Assembly (NCBI GenBank): GCA_963822585.1
Contig: CAWGIE010000026.1
Coordinates: forward strand, 128,001 to 192,000
Source: an uncultured bacterium
Lineage (GTDB): Bacteria; Auribacterota; Erginobacteria; Erginobacterales; Erginobacteraceae
Direction: 5' to 3'
DNA length: 64,000 nucleotides
The position numbers were made by a program, and so were the translations under genes. Below the pieces are notes generated by a model. It saw only the letters and a list, made by a program, of their open reading frames with translations, was not told the DNA's origin and did no database searches. Below, piece by piece: positions 32,158-42,774 of this stretch (its first letter is position 1; the number at the start of each line of letters is the position of its first letter).

Positions 32158-32450
32158 TACGTTTTATCGCTTCCCTTTTTGCTCAGCTTCTTCTCCAGCG
32201 CCTTGAGGTCGTCCTTGGTGGCCACGTTCAGCCGGGCCAGCGTGTCCTTAATGATCTGGTCGATCCTTTTATCCAGCGCCTTTTTGGCCTCTTCCGACTT
32301 TTTCGCCAGGTCATCGACCAGGTCCTTGCCTTCTTTCTCGGAAAGTTCCCCCTTTTTGACCAGTTCCCGGGAGACCTCTTCCATCTTCTCCTTGGTCAGG
32401 GAGGCCAAACCGAGCCCCATGTACATGGTCTTCTTGATCAAATCGATCAT
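32157..32450 (-). CDS. Phasin-family (PHA granule-associated-like) protein
   Basis: 'MYMGLGLA...ELVKKGELSEKEGKDLV...ATKDDL'; typical partner of ABC1 kinases. Confidence 0.8.
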   Translation of the reverse strand: MIDLIKKTMYMGLGLASLTKEKMEEVSRELVKKGELSEKEGKDLVDDLAKKSEEAKKALDKRIDQIIKDTLARLNVATKDDLKALEKKLSKKGSDKT

Positions 32451-32698
32451 ACAGTTCCTCCTTTTTAATTCAATGGCCGTAAAAAAAGGCCATTACATTG
32501 ACATATGATAGTATACTTTACTGATGAGAAGAAAGAAATAGTTCATTTCCCGGCTCCTCCTCTTGATCTGGGAAGGGGTGGGAAATGAAGGGATTGCTAT
32601 CTCCATATACTTCTGCTAAAGATATCCTTATTTCCCCGCGGAAAAAATAAACAGGCAGGCATTAAGAGGATGGTGCAGGGAAATTCAAAAATTAATTC

Positions 32699-33979
32699 GT
32701 GGAATTCGCGAAATTCGTAGTTTTATTTAATCGCCCGAGTGAAGAGAGGGCCGGATTCTTGATCAAGAGAAGATTAGTAACAATTGCTTTGCTGTCCGGA
32801 CTGTTCTGTCTTCTCTGCGGCGGGGTATTCGGTATCGAGATCACCAGTTACTACAGCCCCCGCAACCGGGAGCGCCCCCTCCGCGCTTCCACCGAATACA
32901 TCATCCTGCATACGACCGAGGGCCCCGCTCGCGGTTCGCTCCGGAAGGTCAGAGAAAACGGGGAGACTCATTACTTCGTCGATACCGACGGGCACATTTA
33001 CCGGATTATCCATAAAGACCGGGTCGCTTTCCACGCCGGCCGGTCCATGTGGCAGGGAAAAACAAACCTTGATAATTACTCGATCGGGATCGAGGTGGTC
33101 GGCTATCATAACAAGGACATCACCGCCGCCCAATACCGGGCGCTCGCTGAACTTCTTCAGCAGCTGCAAACCGTCTATAAGATTCCTGACGAGCGTGTGC
33201 TCTGTCACTCGATGATCGCTTACGGGTCGCCCAACCTCTGGCATAAAAGGTCGCACCGGGGGCGGAAAAGATGCGGGATGCTTTTCGGACGGGAAAGTGT
33301 CCGGAAAAAGATCGGTCTGAACAGCAAACCAAGGTACGATCCGGATGTAAAAGCGGGCCGGCTGGCCGTTGGAGATCCGGCCCTGGCCAGGGTCCTTTAC
33401 GGCCGCGACCGGGAGGCGGCCTCCGCTGCCGCCCATTTCACGTCGGATACCGCCGACATTATCGCTTCCGGTCGAACCGCCTGGGACATCGCCCGGGATC
33501 GCTACAACAGTCAGGACGTCGTATACCGTTTCCCGGACGGGAGAGAGCTCCGGGGGGACCGGATCACGGACTGGAAAAACATCCCCGTCGGGACCCGGGT
33601 TGTCCTGGGAGATAACCCGGCCGAAAACGAGGCCGATAATATCAAAATGATCGGCCGTGATGGGAAGAACGCCCGGGAGATCGCCGGCGACGAATACGAT
33701 ACCAAGACCACCATCTATTTTCTACCCGACGGACGCATCAGACGGGGAGACGAGCTGAAGGTTTCCGAAATAACGGCCCTCCCGGAAAAAACCCGGATGC
33801 TGGTGGGATACATAGACGGAGGCTATGTCACGGCCGGGAGAAGCGCCTTCGATATCTGCGGTCCTCGCTGGAAACTGCCCGATACCTTCTTCCGTCTGCC
33901 CGATCAGTCAATCGTCTCCGGGAGAGATATCGCGGAGTGTTCGATACCCAAAATGTCCCGGGTGTTCTTTAGGAATTAA
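32699..33979 (+). CDS. N-acetylmuramoyl-L-alanine amidase (Amidase_2) with three C-terminal repeats
   Basis: 'IILHTTE', 'HYFVD', 'AFHAG', 'NYSIGIE', 'LCHS'; start uncertain. Confidence 0.85.
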   Translation: MEFAKFVVLFNRPSEERAGFLIKRRLVTIALLSGLFCLLCGGVFGIEITSYYSPRNRERPLRASTEYIILHTTEGPARGSLRKVRENGETHYFVDTDGHIYRIIHKDRVAFHAGRSMWQGKTNLDNYSIGIEVVGYHNKDITAAQYRALAELLQQLQTVYKIPDERVLCHSMIAYGSPNLWHKRSHRGRKRCGMLFGRESVRKKIGLNSKPRYDPDVKAGRLAVGDPALARVLYGRDREAASAAAHFTSDTADIIASGRTAWDIARDRYNSQDVVYRFPDGRELRGDRITDWKNIPVGTRVVLGDNPAENEADNIKMIGRDGKNAREIAGDEYDTKTTIYFLPDGRIRRGDELKVSEITALPEKTRMLVGYIDGGYVTAGRSAFDICGPRWKLPDTFFRLPDQSIVSGRDIAECSIPKMSRVFFRN

Positions 33980-34034
33980 AAGTGGAGTATTCAGATGATA
34001 TTATAAATGTTTTAAAACCAGAGGGAGATAAATA

Positions 34035-34110
34035 GGGAGTATTGGAGTAGTGGAATAATGGTGTATTTACCGGTGCCGAAGCCGCCGGTCCATTACTCCA
34101 TCACTCCAGT
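34035..34110. repeat. 8-bp-periodic inverted repeat (TGGAGTAA / TTACTCCA family)
   Basis: Siblings at 29132-29162 (half), 35394-35484, 47551-47635, 49904-49990, 50959-51043. Confidence 0.85.
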
Positions 34111-34121
34111 TATTCGCCGTC

Positions 34122-35330
34122 ATGATCACGAAAGAATTCATCCGGGAGCTTCCCAAGAGCGACCTGCACGTCCACCTGGACGGTTCTCTCCGGGTAAATA
34201 CCCTGATTGAGATCGCCCGACAGGAGAAGTTCGCGCTCCCTTCCTATACCGAGGAAGGGCTCAACGAAACCGTTTATAAGAGCCATTACGGCAGCCTCGA
34301 AGAATATCTGACCGGCTTTCAGTACACCGTCCGGGCCATGCAGACCCCGGAAAATCTGGAAAGGATCGCCTATGAGTTCGCCCGGGATAACCAGGCTGAA
34401 GGGGTGCGCTATGTTGAGGTACGGTTCGCCCCCCAGCTGCATATGAGCAGCCGACTTCACCTGGACAGGATCATGAGCAGTGTCAATGACGGCCTGGCCC
34501 GGGCGGAGAAGGAGTTCAACCGGCGCCCGGAGGTCGCGGACCGGGGGATGCCTCCTTTCCGTTACGGTATTATCGCCTGCGCCCTGCGGTCGTTCGGGGA
34601 AATGTCGGATTATTACCGGGTTTTTTTGGAGGCCCATCCCTTCTCGGACAAGAGGCGGAGCTTCGGGTTGGCTTCCTACGAACTGGTCCAGGGGCTGGTC
34701 CAGGCCCGGGACCGGCTGGGTCTCCCTATCGTCGGTTTCGACCTGGCCGGGCCGGAATACGGGTTCCCGGCCGATGATCACTGGAAAGCGTTCCAGTTCG
34801 CCCAGAAGAACTTCCTGCACAAAACCGTGCACGCCGGGGAAGCATACGGTCCGGAGTCCATCTTTCAGGCCATCACCGATCTCTACGCGGAGCGGATCGG
34901 GCACGGGTATTACCTTTTTGACGAGAGCAAGATCACCAGCCCCGAGATCAAGGACAAGAAGAAATACATCCGCGATCTCAGCCGGTTTATCGCCGATAAA
35001 AGGATCACCATCGAAGTCTGTCTGACCAGCAATCTGCAAACAAATCCCACGATCGGGGATATCCACAATCACCAGTTTAAAAAGATGAGGGAAGCCCGGC
35101 TGAGCACCACCTTCTGCACCGATAACCGGCTGGTGAGCAAGACCACCGTCAGCCGTGAGATCGGTCTCGCCGTTGACGCTTTCGGGATCAATGCCAAGGA
35201 ACTGAAGGACCATATCATCTACGGTTTCAAGCGGTGTTTTTATCCGGGAGAATATTCCGAAAAGCGCAGGTATGTCCGCTCGGTCATCGATTATTATGAG
35301 CAACTGGAGCGGAAACACGGATTAGCTTGA
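34122..35330 (+). CDS. add: Adenosine deaminase family protein
   Basis: 'LPKSDLHVHLDGS', 'YVEVRFAP', 'GFDLAG', 'TVHAGE', 'RIGHG', 'EVCLTSN', 'CTDN'. Confidence 0.88.
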   Translation: MITKEFIRELPKSDLHVHLDGSLRVNTLIEIARQEKFALPSYTEEGLNETVYKSHYGSLEEYLTGFQYTVRAMQTPENLERIAYEFARDNQAEGVRYVEVRFAPQLHMSSRLHLDRIMSSVNDGLARAEKEFNRRPEVADRGMPPFRYGIIACALRSFGEMSDYYRVFLEAHPFSDKRRSFGLASYELVQGLVQARDRLGLPIVGFDLAGPEYGFPADDHWKAFQFAQKNFLHKTVHAGEAYGPESIFQAITDLYAERIGHGYYLFDESKITSPEIKDKKKYIRDLSRFIADKRITIEVCLTSNLQTNPTIGDIHNHQFKKMREARLSTTFCTDNRLVSKTTVSREIGLAVDAFGINAKELKDHIIYGFKRCFYPGEYSEKRRYVRSVIDYYEQLERKHGLA

Positions 35331-35534
35331 GTGGTCAGGCTGACGTTGCCGGCATGAGATGTGATCAGGCAAGACGCGAGGGTAAAGAGTCACGGAGTAA
35401 TGGAACGATGGAGTAACGGCATATTGGGGGCGGGGAGGGCCGCGGTTTTCCCAACACTCCAGTACGCCACCACTCCAATACTCCTTCAGGCTGAATAGGC
35501 TTAGGTCGAAACGCTTATGCACGTCGGGTTATAA

Positions 35535-36857
35535 TTGTTCATGAACATACGGATTCTCTGCATCGGCGATCTTCATCTCGGCCGGCGGAGTTCGCGTCTG
35601 CCGGACGGGCTCGACGGCTACGGCATCTCTCCCTCGGATCTGACGCCGGCCGCGACCTGGCGATCCGCCGTGAACTGGGCGGTCGAGCACAAACCCGACC
35701 TGGCCGTTCTCACCGGAGATGTCATCGAGGCCGAAGAAGACCGGTTCGAGGCTTACGGGCATTTGAAATGGGGGATCGCAACCCTTCTCGAGTCCGGCAT
35801 CCCGGTCTTCGCCGTCGCCGGGAACCATGATTGGGACGCGCTCCCCCGTCTCGCCGGACAGCTCCCGGCCTTCCGGCTGGTGGGCCGGGGCGGAAACTGG
35901 GAAACGGTGACGCATGAACTGGCGGACGGCTCCCGGCTCGGGATCGTCGGCTGGTCTTTTCCGGAACGCTACTGCCGGGAAAATCCTCTGCGGCAGATCT
36001 CTTTTTCCCGGGAACCGGGGCTGCCGACCCTGGGCCTGCTCCACTGCGATCTCGACGCCGCCGGCAGCCTGTTCGCCCCCGTCCCCCGCCGCGACCTGGA
36101 AACCGTCCCTGTCGACGCCTGGCTGCTGGGACATATCCATAAACCCTCTCCGCTCTCCGGACCCCGGCCGATCGGGTACCTCGGATCTCTCGCCGGCCTT
36201 GACCCGGGGGAGCCGGGGGCCCATGGTCCCTGGCTGGCAACCGTTAACGGCCCCGGGGACATCTCGATCGGACAGATCCCTCTGGCCCGGTTGCGCTGGG
36301 AAAATGAGGAGATCGGAATCGGACTCCTCGAGGGCGAAGATCCGCAGGACCTCAAGGATTCATTCTTCCGCCTGATCCGGGAAGCGATCGGCCGTATTCA
36401 TGCCCGGGTCGCCGCCGGTTCCCTACTTCCCCGCGTGGTCGGTTGCCGATTTCATCTGACCGGCCGCTCCCCGTTGCATCATCAGTTGAGAAGTGTGTAT
36501 CCCGACTTCGTCTCTTACCAGGAGCCATCCGGCGGTGTGCACTATTTCATCGAGAAGTTCATCGACGAGGCCGGACCGGGACTCAATCTGACCGACCTGG
36601 CCCGGGGAAACGATCCTCCATCCCTTCTCGCCCGATTTCTGGTCGATCTAACCGAGAAAAAGGGCCGGGATGGAGACCTCATCCTGGCTTATCGTGACGC
36701 CGTTTCCCGCACAGTGGCTGATCCGCGGTGGAGCCGGCTGGGGAAAAAGGACCTCCCGGATGAAGAAAAAATCCGGCAGCTTCTGCTGGAGGCCGGCTAT
36801 CGGGCCCTGGAAGAACTCCTGGCTCAGCCGGAGCGGGCAAGGGGAGGGGGGCGGTAA
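35535..36857 (+). CDS. Mre11/SbcD-like metallophosphoesterase (YhaO type)
   Basis: 'GDLHLG', 'TGD', 'AGNHD', 'LLH', 'LGHIH', 'YLGS'. Confidence 0.88.
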   Translation: MFMNIRILCIGDLHLGRRSSRLPDGLDGYGISPSDLTPAATWRSAVNWAVEHKPDLAVLTGDVIEAEEDRFEAYGHLKWGIATLLESGIPVFAVAGNHDWDALPRLAGQLPAFRLVGRGGNWETVTHELADGSRLGIVGWSFPERYCRENPLRQISFSREPGLPTLGLLHCDLDAAGSLFAPVPRRDLETVPVDAWLLGHIHKPSPLSGPRPIGYLGSLAGLDPGEPGAHGPWLATVNGPGDISIGQIPLARLRWENEEIGIGLLEGEDPQDLKDSFFRLIREAIGRIHARVAAGSLLPRVVGCRFHLTGRSPLHHQLRSVYPDFVSYQEPSGGVHYFIEKFIDEAGPGLNLTDLARGNDPPSLLARFLVDLTEKKGRDGDLILAYRDAVSRTVADPRWSRLGKKDLPDEEKIRQLLLEAGYRALEELLAQPERARGGGR

Positions 36858-39800
36858 TGGAGATCACCCGGATCACCGTCTTCCGGCTCCCGGGGATCGA
36901 ACATCCGTTCGAGGTTACCCCGATCGAGACCGGCTTCAACGTCATCCAGGGGCCGAACGGTTCGGGCAAGACGTCTCTCTGCCGGGCCGTCCGTCGGGTC
37001 CTCTGGCCCGAACGCGACCCGGGCCGAACCCGGGTCAGAATTTCCTGGCTTGACGACGGGGCGAAGCTTACCTCGGAACTCGAGGGTGGCGTCAGCTGGC
37101 AGCGGGACGGTAAAGATATTCCCGCGCCCGAGTTCCCCCCCCGCACCTGGCCCGCTGCTACACCATCTCCCTGCGGGACCTCCTCGACGAGAAACATCCC
37201 ACCGATCTGGAACTGGCCGACGAGATCATGATCAAAATGGCCGGTGGCTACGATCTCCCCGCGGTTCGCGAACTCTTCCGTTTGAAAAGCGGCCACGGCC
37301 AGAAAGAAGCGGGGGTCAGGGCGGCGGCCGAAACCGATTTCAACCGCCTCCAGAATGAACGGAGGGGACTTGCTGATGAAGAGGATCGTCTGAACTTACT
37401 GGAGGAGAAGAGGGAGAAGGCCCGCCGCGCGGCTCAGGAGCGGGAAATACTCCAGAAAGCCCGGGATCTGGCTCTGAAGAAAGAGGAAGAGGCCGCCCGC
37501 TTGGCGGTTCTCGCCGGCTTCCCGGAAGGGATGGAGAAGCTCAGGGGCGACGAAGAGGAGCGGATCGGGGAATTGGAAGCCGAGATCAGTCATCTGGAGG
37601 AAGAAGTGAGGGGGTATCGCCGGGGCATCGAGGATGCGCGGGCCGATCTGGCGGCGGCCGCCTTGCCCGAGGGACCGGTGGAGGCGGGCATCCTCGATAC
37701 CTGGGACGAGCGCGTCCGGGCACTGGCCGACCTGGACCAGGAACAAAGAACGCTCGAGAAGACGCGTGTCGAGGCGGGGCGGTTGGCGGCGGAAGCGGCG
37801 AACAAACTCGGCGCCACCGAGCCGGCCGCCGTATCTCTTTCCCCGGAAGACGGTTTGTTGGCCCGGGCGGACTCCTGGTTCAGAAAAGCAGTCCGGGTCC
37901 GCGCTCGCCGCGAGGAACTGGAAGCAAAGCTGACCGCGCTTACCCCGAAGGCTGAGATCGATCAGGCGGCGATCGACCGGGTGCGGCGCGCGGCCGACCT
38001 CCTCCGGGACTGGCTGAGCGCTCCGGCCGTTCCCGGAACTCTCGGCCGGGGAAGCCGCCTGCTGCTGCCGGTGGCGGTGATCACGATTCTTGCCGGAGCC
38101 TTCCTGGCCCTGTCGGTCGACCCCTGGTTTTCTCTTCTGGGGGGGATCGGCCTGGGGCTGCTGGCCGTCCGCCTGGCTGGCTCCGGTCCCGGCACTGCCG
38201 AGCAGGGATCTTTCCGGGAGCGATATCGGGAACTCCGTATCCCCCCTCCGGCAGGCTGGAGCCGCCATGAAGTCCGACTGAGACTACAGGAGTTGGAAGA
38301 GGAACTCCGGAGGAAAGAGAAAGATCTGGAAGATGCCCATGCCGGCGCCCGGGTTCGACACGCCCTCGAAAACCTTGCCGGGGATGAAGAATCCCTGAAA
38401 AGTGAAAAGGAGGAGATCTGCCGGTCCACCGGGGTCGATCCCGGAGCTTCCGAGATGGAGATCGTCGACTTCGTCGATCGTCTCCGGGCGTATCGCGAAG
38501 CCGCGAGCCGGCGGACTTCGGTCGAGGCGGGGTATGAAACGGTTTTAGCCGGATACCGTGCCGAACTGAAAAAGATCGGAGATTTTCTCGGCGGTAAACT
38601 GGGAGAGAGACCGGATGATTCTATCGAAGCTCGGTCTTTCCTGGCCCGGCTCAAGAACCGGAGTGATCGAATCCGGAACACTGAATCGCGGATCAGGACC
38701 CTGGAGCAAGAGATCGCCTCCCGGGAGGAGGCCCAGGGCAGGCAACATGACCGGATCAGTGATATCTTTCGCAACGCCGGTATCGATCCGGGCGTGTCCG
38801 GTGGCGCCCGGCTGTTGCTGGCCCGGCGGCTCGGCCGGCGCGAGGAATTTCAAAAAGAGAGTGAAAGGTTGCGCTCGGTCAGGGGCCGGATCGCCGAACT
38901 CTCGGCCGGACTTCGGGGTTATCCCCGGTTACTCGCTCTGGCCCCGGAAGAAGCGGAACGAATGCTGAAGGCGGCGGGAGAAAAAGCGGGGGAGTGGGAG
39001 GCCGTTGTCAGGGAGATAGAGCAGGTGCAGAACCGGGTCGAAGATGCCCTCCGGAGCGACGTCGTTGAGCGCGCGCTGGAGGAACTCGAGGCGGCCGCCG
39101 TCAGCCTGGAAGAGAGATATGACGAGGCGCTTGCCGCCGCCGCCGGTGAACTGCTTCTGTCCCGGGTTGAAGAAGAGTACGAGAAGAAGAGCCGCCCGGC
39201 CGTCCTGGACCGGGCCGCGCGTTGGTTCTCCGCCTTCACCCGGGCGCGATACGATCTCCAGATCGGCGGCGATCCGGGAACGCCCGCCTTCCGCGCCCGG
39301 GATACGAGCACCGGCCTCGGGATCGGCCTGGCCGAACTCTCCGATGGGACCAGGGTCCAGCTGCTGCTGGCCGCCCGACTTGCCTTCGCCACCCAGGCAG
39401 AGGCGGGAAAAACCCTTCCCGTCTTCCTGGACGAAGCGCTCACCACCTCCGACCCCGAACGTTTTCGGGCGGTCATCGAGAGCCTGCTGCTCCTGACCGG
39501 CGAGGGGCGTCAGATCGTTTATCTTACCGCCAATCCTTCCGACGCCGCTTTCATTGACGCGATTTGCCGCGAGCGTAAAGCCCCCTCGCCGAACCTTCTT
39601 GATCTGGGGCGCCTGAGAAAGTTCTCTCCCGCGGGTTCCGATCGAATCCAGCCGTCCCCCCCCGGACCGGAGCGGATCCCAGCCCCTGAAGACAGAAGCC
39701 CCGAGGATTATGCCGCTCTACTGGGAGTACCGCCGCTGGAGTCGGGCCGGCCCGTCACCGCCGCCCATCTCTTCTACCTCCTTTACGACAACCTGCCTCT

Positions 39801-40347
39801 GTTGTATATTATTATGAAGAGTACGGGGGCAGCCACGGTGGGGCAATGGATGGCCCTGGCCAGGAGTGGAGGGGATTTTCCGGAAATAGGAGGGGAAGAC
39901 CGGGGTCTGATTGAAGATCGGGGCGCCCTCCTCGATCTCTTCCTGGCACAGTACTCGATCGGCCGGGGCAAACCTCTCGACAGGGAAGTCCTGGAGAAGA
40001 GTGGGGCGGTCAGCCCCCGGTACCTGGACGATTTCACGGAGATGGCCAGAGAACTGGGGAATGATGCGCGGGCCTTTATGAAGTGCCTGGAAGAGGGAGG
40101 CGATCCCCGTACCGGAGGTTTCCTGAAGAAGAAAAAAGAAGCGCTTTCTCGTTTTCTGGAAGAAAATGAATGTATCGATCGGCGGGAACGTCTAACAAGA
40201 GAGGAGATAATTGCCGCTGCTCTCGACCGGCCGGAGTTGAGCGAGCGGCTGTCGCCTGAAGAAATAACAGCCCGGATTACCGAATTCTGGGACCGATTAA
40301 CAAAAAAACCAACACGATTAACCAGATTCATTCATGAGTCGGGTTAA
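36857..40347 (+). CDS. Rad50/SbcC-like coiled-coil ATPase (YhaN/AAA_27 type), 1-bp frameshift in C8 at 37135-37142
   Basis: Walker A 'GPNGSGKT' in 36857-37231; 'LSDGT' signature and 'FLDEA' Walker B in 37228-40347; one extra C fuses them via 'EFPPPHLARCYTISLRDLL'. Confidence 0.85.
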
Positions 40348-40355
40348 AGGAGGAG

Positions 40356-41219
40356 ATGATGAGCAGATATCTTATGATCGGGACAGTATTATTCTGGATG
40401 TTCAGCGGCATTGCCGCCGGGCAGGGGTATGGGACCGCCCCCGCCGCGCCGGGAAGCTCCTCCTCGGAGGATGGACTGACGCCGGCGGGGAGGGAACTGC
40501 TGGCCAAAGAGAGGATCTCCCCGGCTGCGACTCCGTTGGTTCAGGGTTCCGCCGGTCAGGCAGAGCAGCCGGCGGAGAAGACCCTGATGTACGGGGTTGC
40601 GGCCGGTGGACAGGGCCAGGCCGCCAATCCGAATCTTCTCTACCAGGCGGGATCCCAGAGCCAGCCGGAGACTTCGCAGGAGAGTAACCAGCAGCTACTC
40701 TACGGCGTGGGGACCGCAAACCAGAATCAGGGGACTGTCCAGCAGGGAACCACCACCTTCCAGCAGGGCGGACGGACTGTCGGAAGGGCGCAGACGTCGG
40801 GGGAGACCACCACCATCTACGGCCAGAACGGCCGCAGCGCGGGGAGGATACAGGAGCAGGGCAACACCACCACGATGTACGGCGCCAACGGGCGGACGAC
40901 CGGGAGGGTCCAGCAATCGGGAGGCACCAGCGTGATCTACGGTCAGGACGGCCGTGCCATCGGGAGGACCCAGGAGTCGGGGGGCACCACTCTTCTCTAC
41001 GGGCAGGACGGCAAAAGCATCGGGAGAACCCAGACCTCGGGGGGGACGACAAATCTCTATGACGAGAAGGGGAGGGCGTCAGGAAGGGTCGTCACACAGG
41101 GGGATACCACCATCTATTACGGCCCGGACGGTCGGGTGCAGGGAAAAACGGTGAAGCGGGGAAAAACCACTTACCACTACGATGCCAATGGCCGTCAGAC
41201 GGGGACCTCACAGGAGTAG
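40356..41219 (+). CDS. Secreted Gly/Gln/Thr-rich protein with eight 20-aa beta-hairpin repeats
   Basis: AGGAGGAG RBS, signal peptide, 'TTxYGxDGRxxGRxQxxGx' x8. Confidence 0.75.
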   Translation: MMSRYLMIGTVLFWMFSGIAAGQGYGTAPAAPGSSSSEDGLTPAGRELLAKERISPAATPLVQGSAGQAEQPAEKTLMYGVAAGGQGQAANPNLLYQAGSQSQPETSQESNQQLLYGVGTANQNQGTVQQGTTTFQQGGRTVGRAQTSGETTTIYGQNGRSAGRIQEQGNTTTMYGANGRTTGRVQQSGGTSVIYGQDGRAIGRTQESGGTTLLYGQDGKSIGRTQTSGGTTNLYDEKGRASGRVVTQGDTTIYYGPDGRVQGKTVKRGKTTYHYDANGRQTGTSQE

Positions 41220-41245
41220 GGAGAAAACCGTTCAAAACGGTTACA

Positions 41246-41661
41246 ATCGGGCCGCCGGAATTTTCCGTCAGAGGCGGATGCGCCTCTGGCGCAGAACTCC
41301 CCGGATTAATCGGGGGTCTTAATCGATTAATCGGGGCGCCGGGATTTTCCGCCGGAGGCGGATGCGCCTCCGGCGCAGAACCCCACAGTCACTAAGTACT
41401 GAAATTATGCCTCAATCGGGGCGCCGGGATTCTCCGCCAGAGGCGGATGCGCCTCTGGCGCAGAACCCATCATGTATAGTAAACAATGTTCCCTCATCGG
41501 GGCGGGCGGATTCTCCGCCGGAGGCGGATGCGCCTCCGGCGCAGAACCTCATAGTCACTAAGTATTGAAATTATGCCTCAATCGGGGCGCCGGGATTCTC
41601 CGCCAGAGGCGGATGCGCCTCTGGCGCAGAACCCATCATGTATAGTAAACAATGTTCCCTC
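41246..41661. repeat. Array of five ~54-bp tRNA-Pro 3'-end-derived repeats with 27-31-bp spacers
   Basis: Units start at 41246, 41330, 41415, 41496, 41581; tRNA 3' end in register at 41662. Confidence 0.9.
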
Positions 41662-41662
41662 A

Positions 41663-41737
41663 TCGGGGCGGGCGGATTCGAACCGCCGACCTCCTGCTCC
41701 CAAAGCAGGCGCGCTAGCCGGGCTGCGCTACGCCCCG
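41663..41737 (-). tRNA. tRNA-Pro(TGG), CCA not encoded
   Basis: CGGGGCGTAGCGCAGCCCGGCTAGCGCGCCTGCTTTGGGAGCAGGAGGTCGGCGGTTCGAATCCGCCCGCCCCGA; TTGACA upstream at 41788-41783. Confidence 0.95.
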
Positions 41738-41793
41738 AGAAAACAGGGATAAGAAATAAGGGATAAGGGATAAGGAGCGGGTTGTCAAGAGGA

Positions 41794-42582
41794 ATGAAGC
41801 TTGTCGCCGGGATCGGCAAATATGCCGTCGGGAAATGGTGTTTTATCCGCTATCTGGCCGCGGTAACCGGGACCCTTCTGGCCGTCTGCTTCCGGCGGGG
41901 AACATTCCGGCGGACGGTTCGCAATGTTCTGGCCCGGCAGATTCTATTCACCGGCTTTGAAGCCGTCCGTTTTGTCTCCCTGGTCGCCTTTTTGATCGGG
42001 ATCTCGGTGGTAGTTCAGACACAGGTTTGGCTGGCCCGGGCCGGTCAGACCAGCCTCCTGGGACCGGTCCTGGTGATGGTCATCATCCGGGAAATCGGCC
42101 CCCTCCTGGTCAACTTCGTGGTCATCGGCCGCTCCGGCACGGCGATCGCGACCGAACTGGGGAATATGAATGTCTCTGGCGAAGTTAAAATACTTGATGC
42201 CCTGGGACTGGACCCTTTCATCTACCTGGTGGTGCCCCGGGTGCTGGGGGTGGCGATAGCGGTCTTCTGCCTGAGCGTTATCTTCATCGTGGTCTCCTTC
42301 CTGAGCGGTTATCTGAGCGGGCTTCTCTTCGGCGCCACCACCGGCAGTCCGGCTTTCTTTTTCCGGAGTGTGCTCAAGGCGATCACTCCATCCGACGTTT
42401 TTAATCTGCTGGCGAAGACGATCATACCCGGTTTGCTGACCGGCGTCATCTGCTGCACCGAAGGGCTGGGGGTGCGGACCGCGATCACCGAGGTCCCCCA
42501 GGCGGCCACCCGGGCGGTTGTCCGTTCGGTGACCGCCCTTTTCATCGTCTCGGTCCTGGTCTCGGTCTTCACCTATCTATAA
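41794..42582 (+). CDS. mlaE: MlaE-family ABC permease
   Basis: 'REIGPLL', 'GRSGTAIATELGNM', 'LVVPR', 'VPQAATRAVV'. Confidence 0.88.
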   Translation: MKLVAGIGKYAVGKWCFIRYLAAVTGTLLAVCFRRGTFRRTVRNVLARQILFTGFEAVRFVSLVAFLIGISVVVQTQVWLARAGQTSLLGPVLVMVIIREIGPLLVNFVVIGRSGTAIATELGNMNVSGEVKILDALGLDPFIYLVVPRVLGVAIAVFCLSVIFIVVSFLSGYLSGLLFGATTGSPAFFFRSVLKAITPSDVFNLLAKTIIPGLLTGVICCTEGLGVRTAITEVPQAATRAVVRSVTALFIVSVLVSVFTYL

Positions 42583-42643
42583 TTAAATAAAAATGACGAT
42601 AATTCACTGTTTCGGAAATTTAATTTAGGTAAAAAACGGTTAA

Positions 42644-42746
42644 TCACCACGAAGAGCACGAAGTACACGAAGAAAAATCTTAAAACATAATCCTTATTTT
42701 TTATCTTCACCAAATTCCTTCGTGATCTTCGTGTCCTTCGTGGTTA
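42644..42746. repeat. 9-bp-periodic inverted repeat element
   Basis: CACCACGAAGAGCACGAAGTACACGAAG...CTTCGTGATCTTCGTGTCCTTCGTGG. Confidence 0.85.
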
Positions 42747-42774
42747 CTAATTTCACTGCTGGCGTTAACCTGTT

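Noticed and set aside
34122..40347. RADAR-like defence system (adenosine deaminase + ATPase)
   Set aside because: The deaminase is an ordinary ~400-aa ADA, and the ATPase is SMC/Rad50-like and coupled to an Mre11 nuclease, not RdrA-like
41246..41661. Bona fide CRISPR array
   Set aside because: Repeats are ~54 bp and tRNA-derived, spacers recur (A, B, A', B), and there are no cas genes in the window
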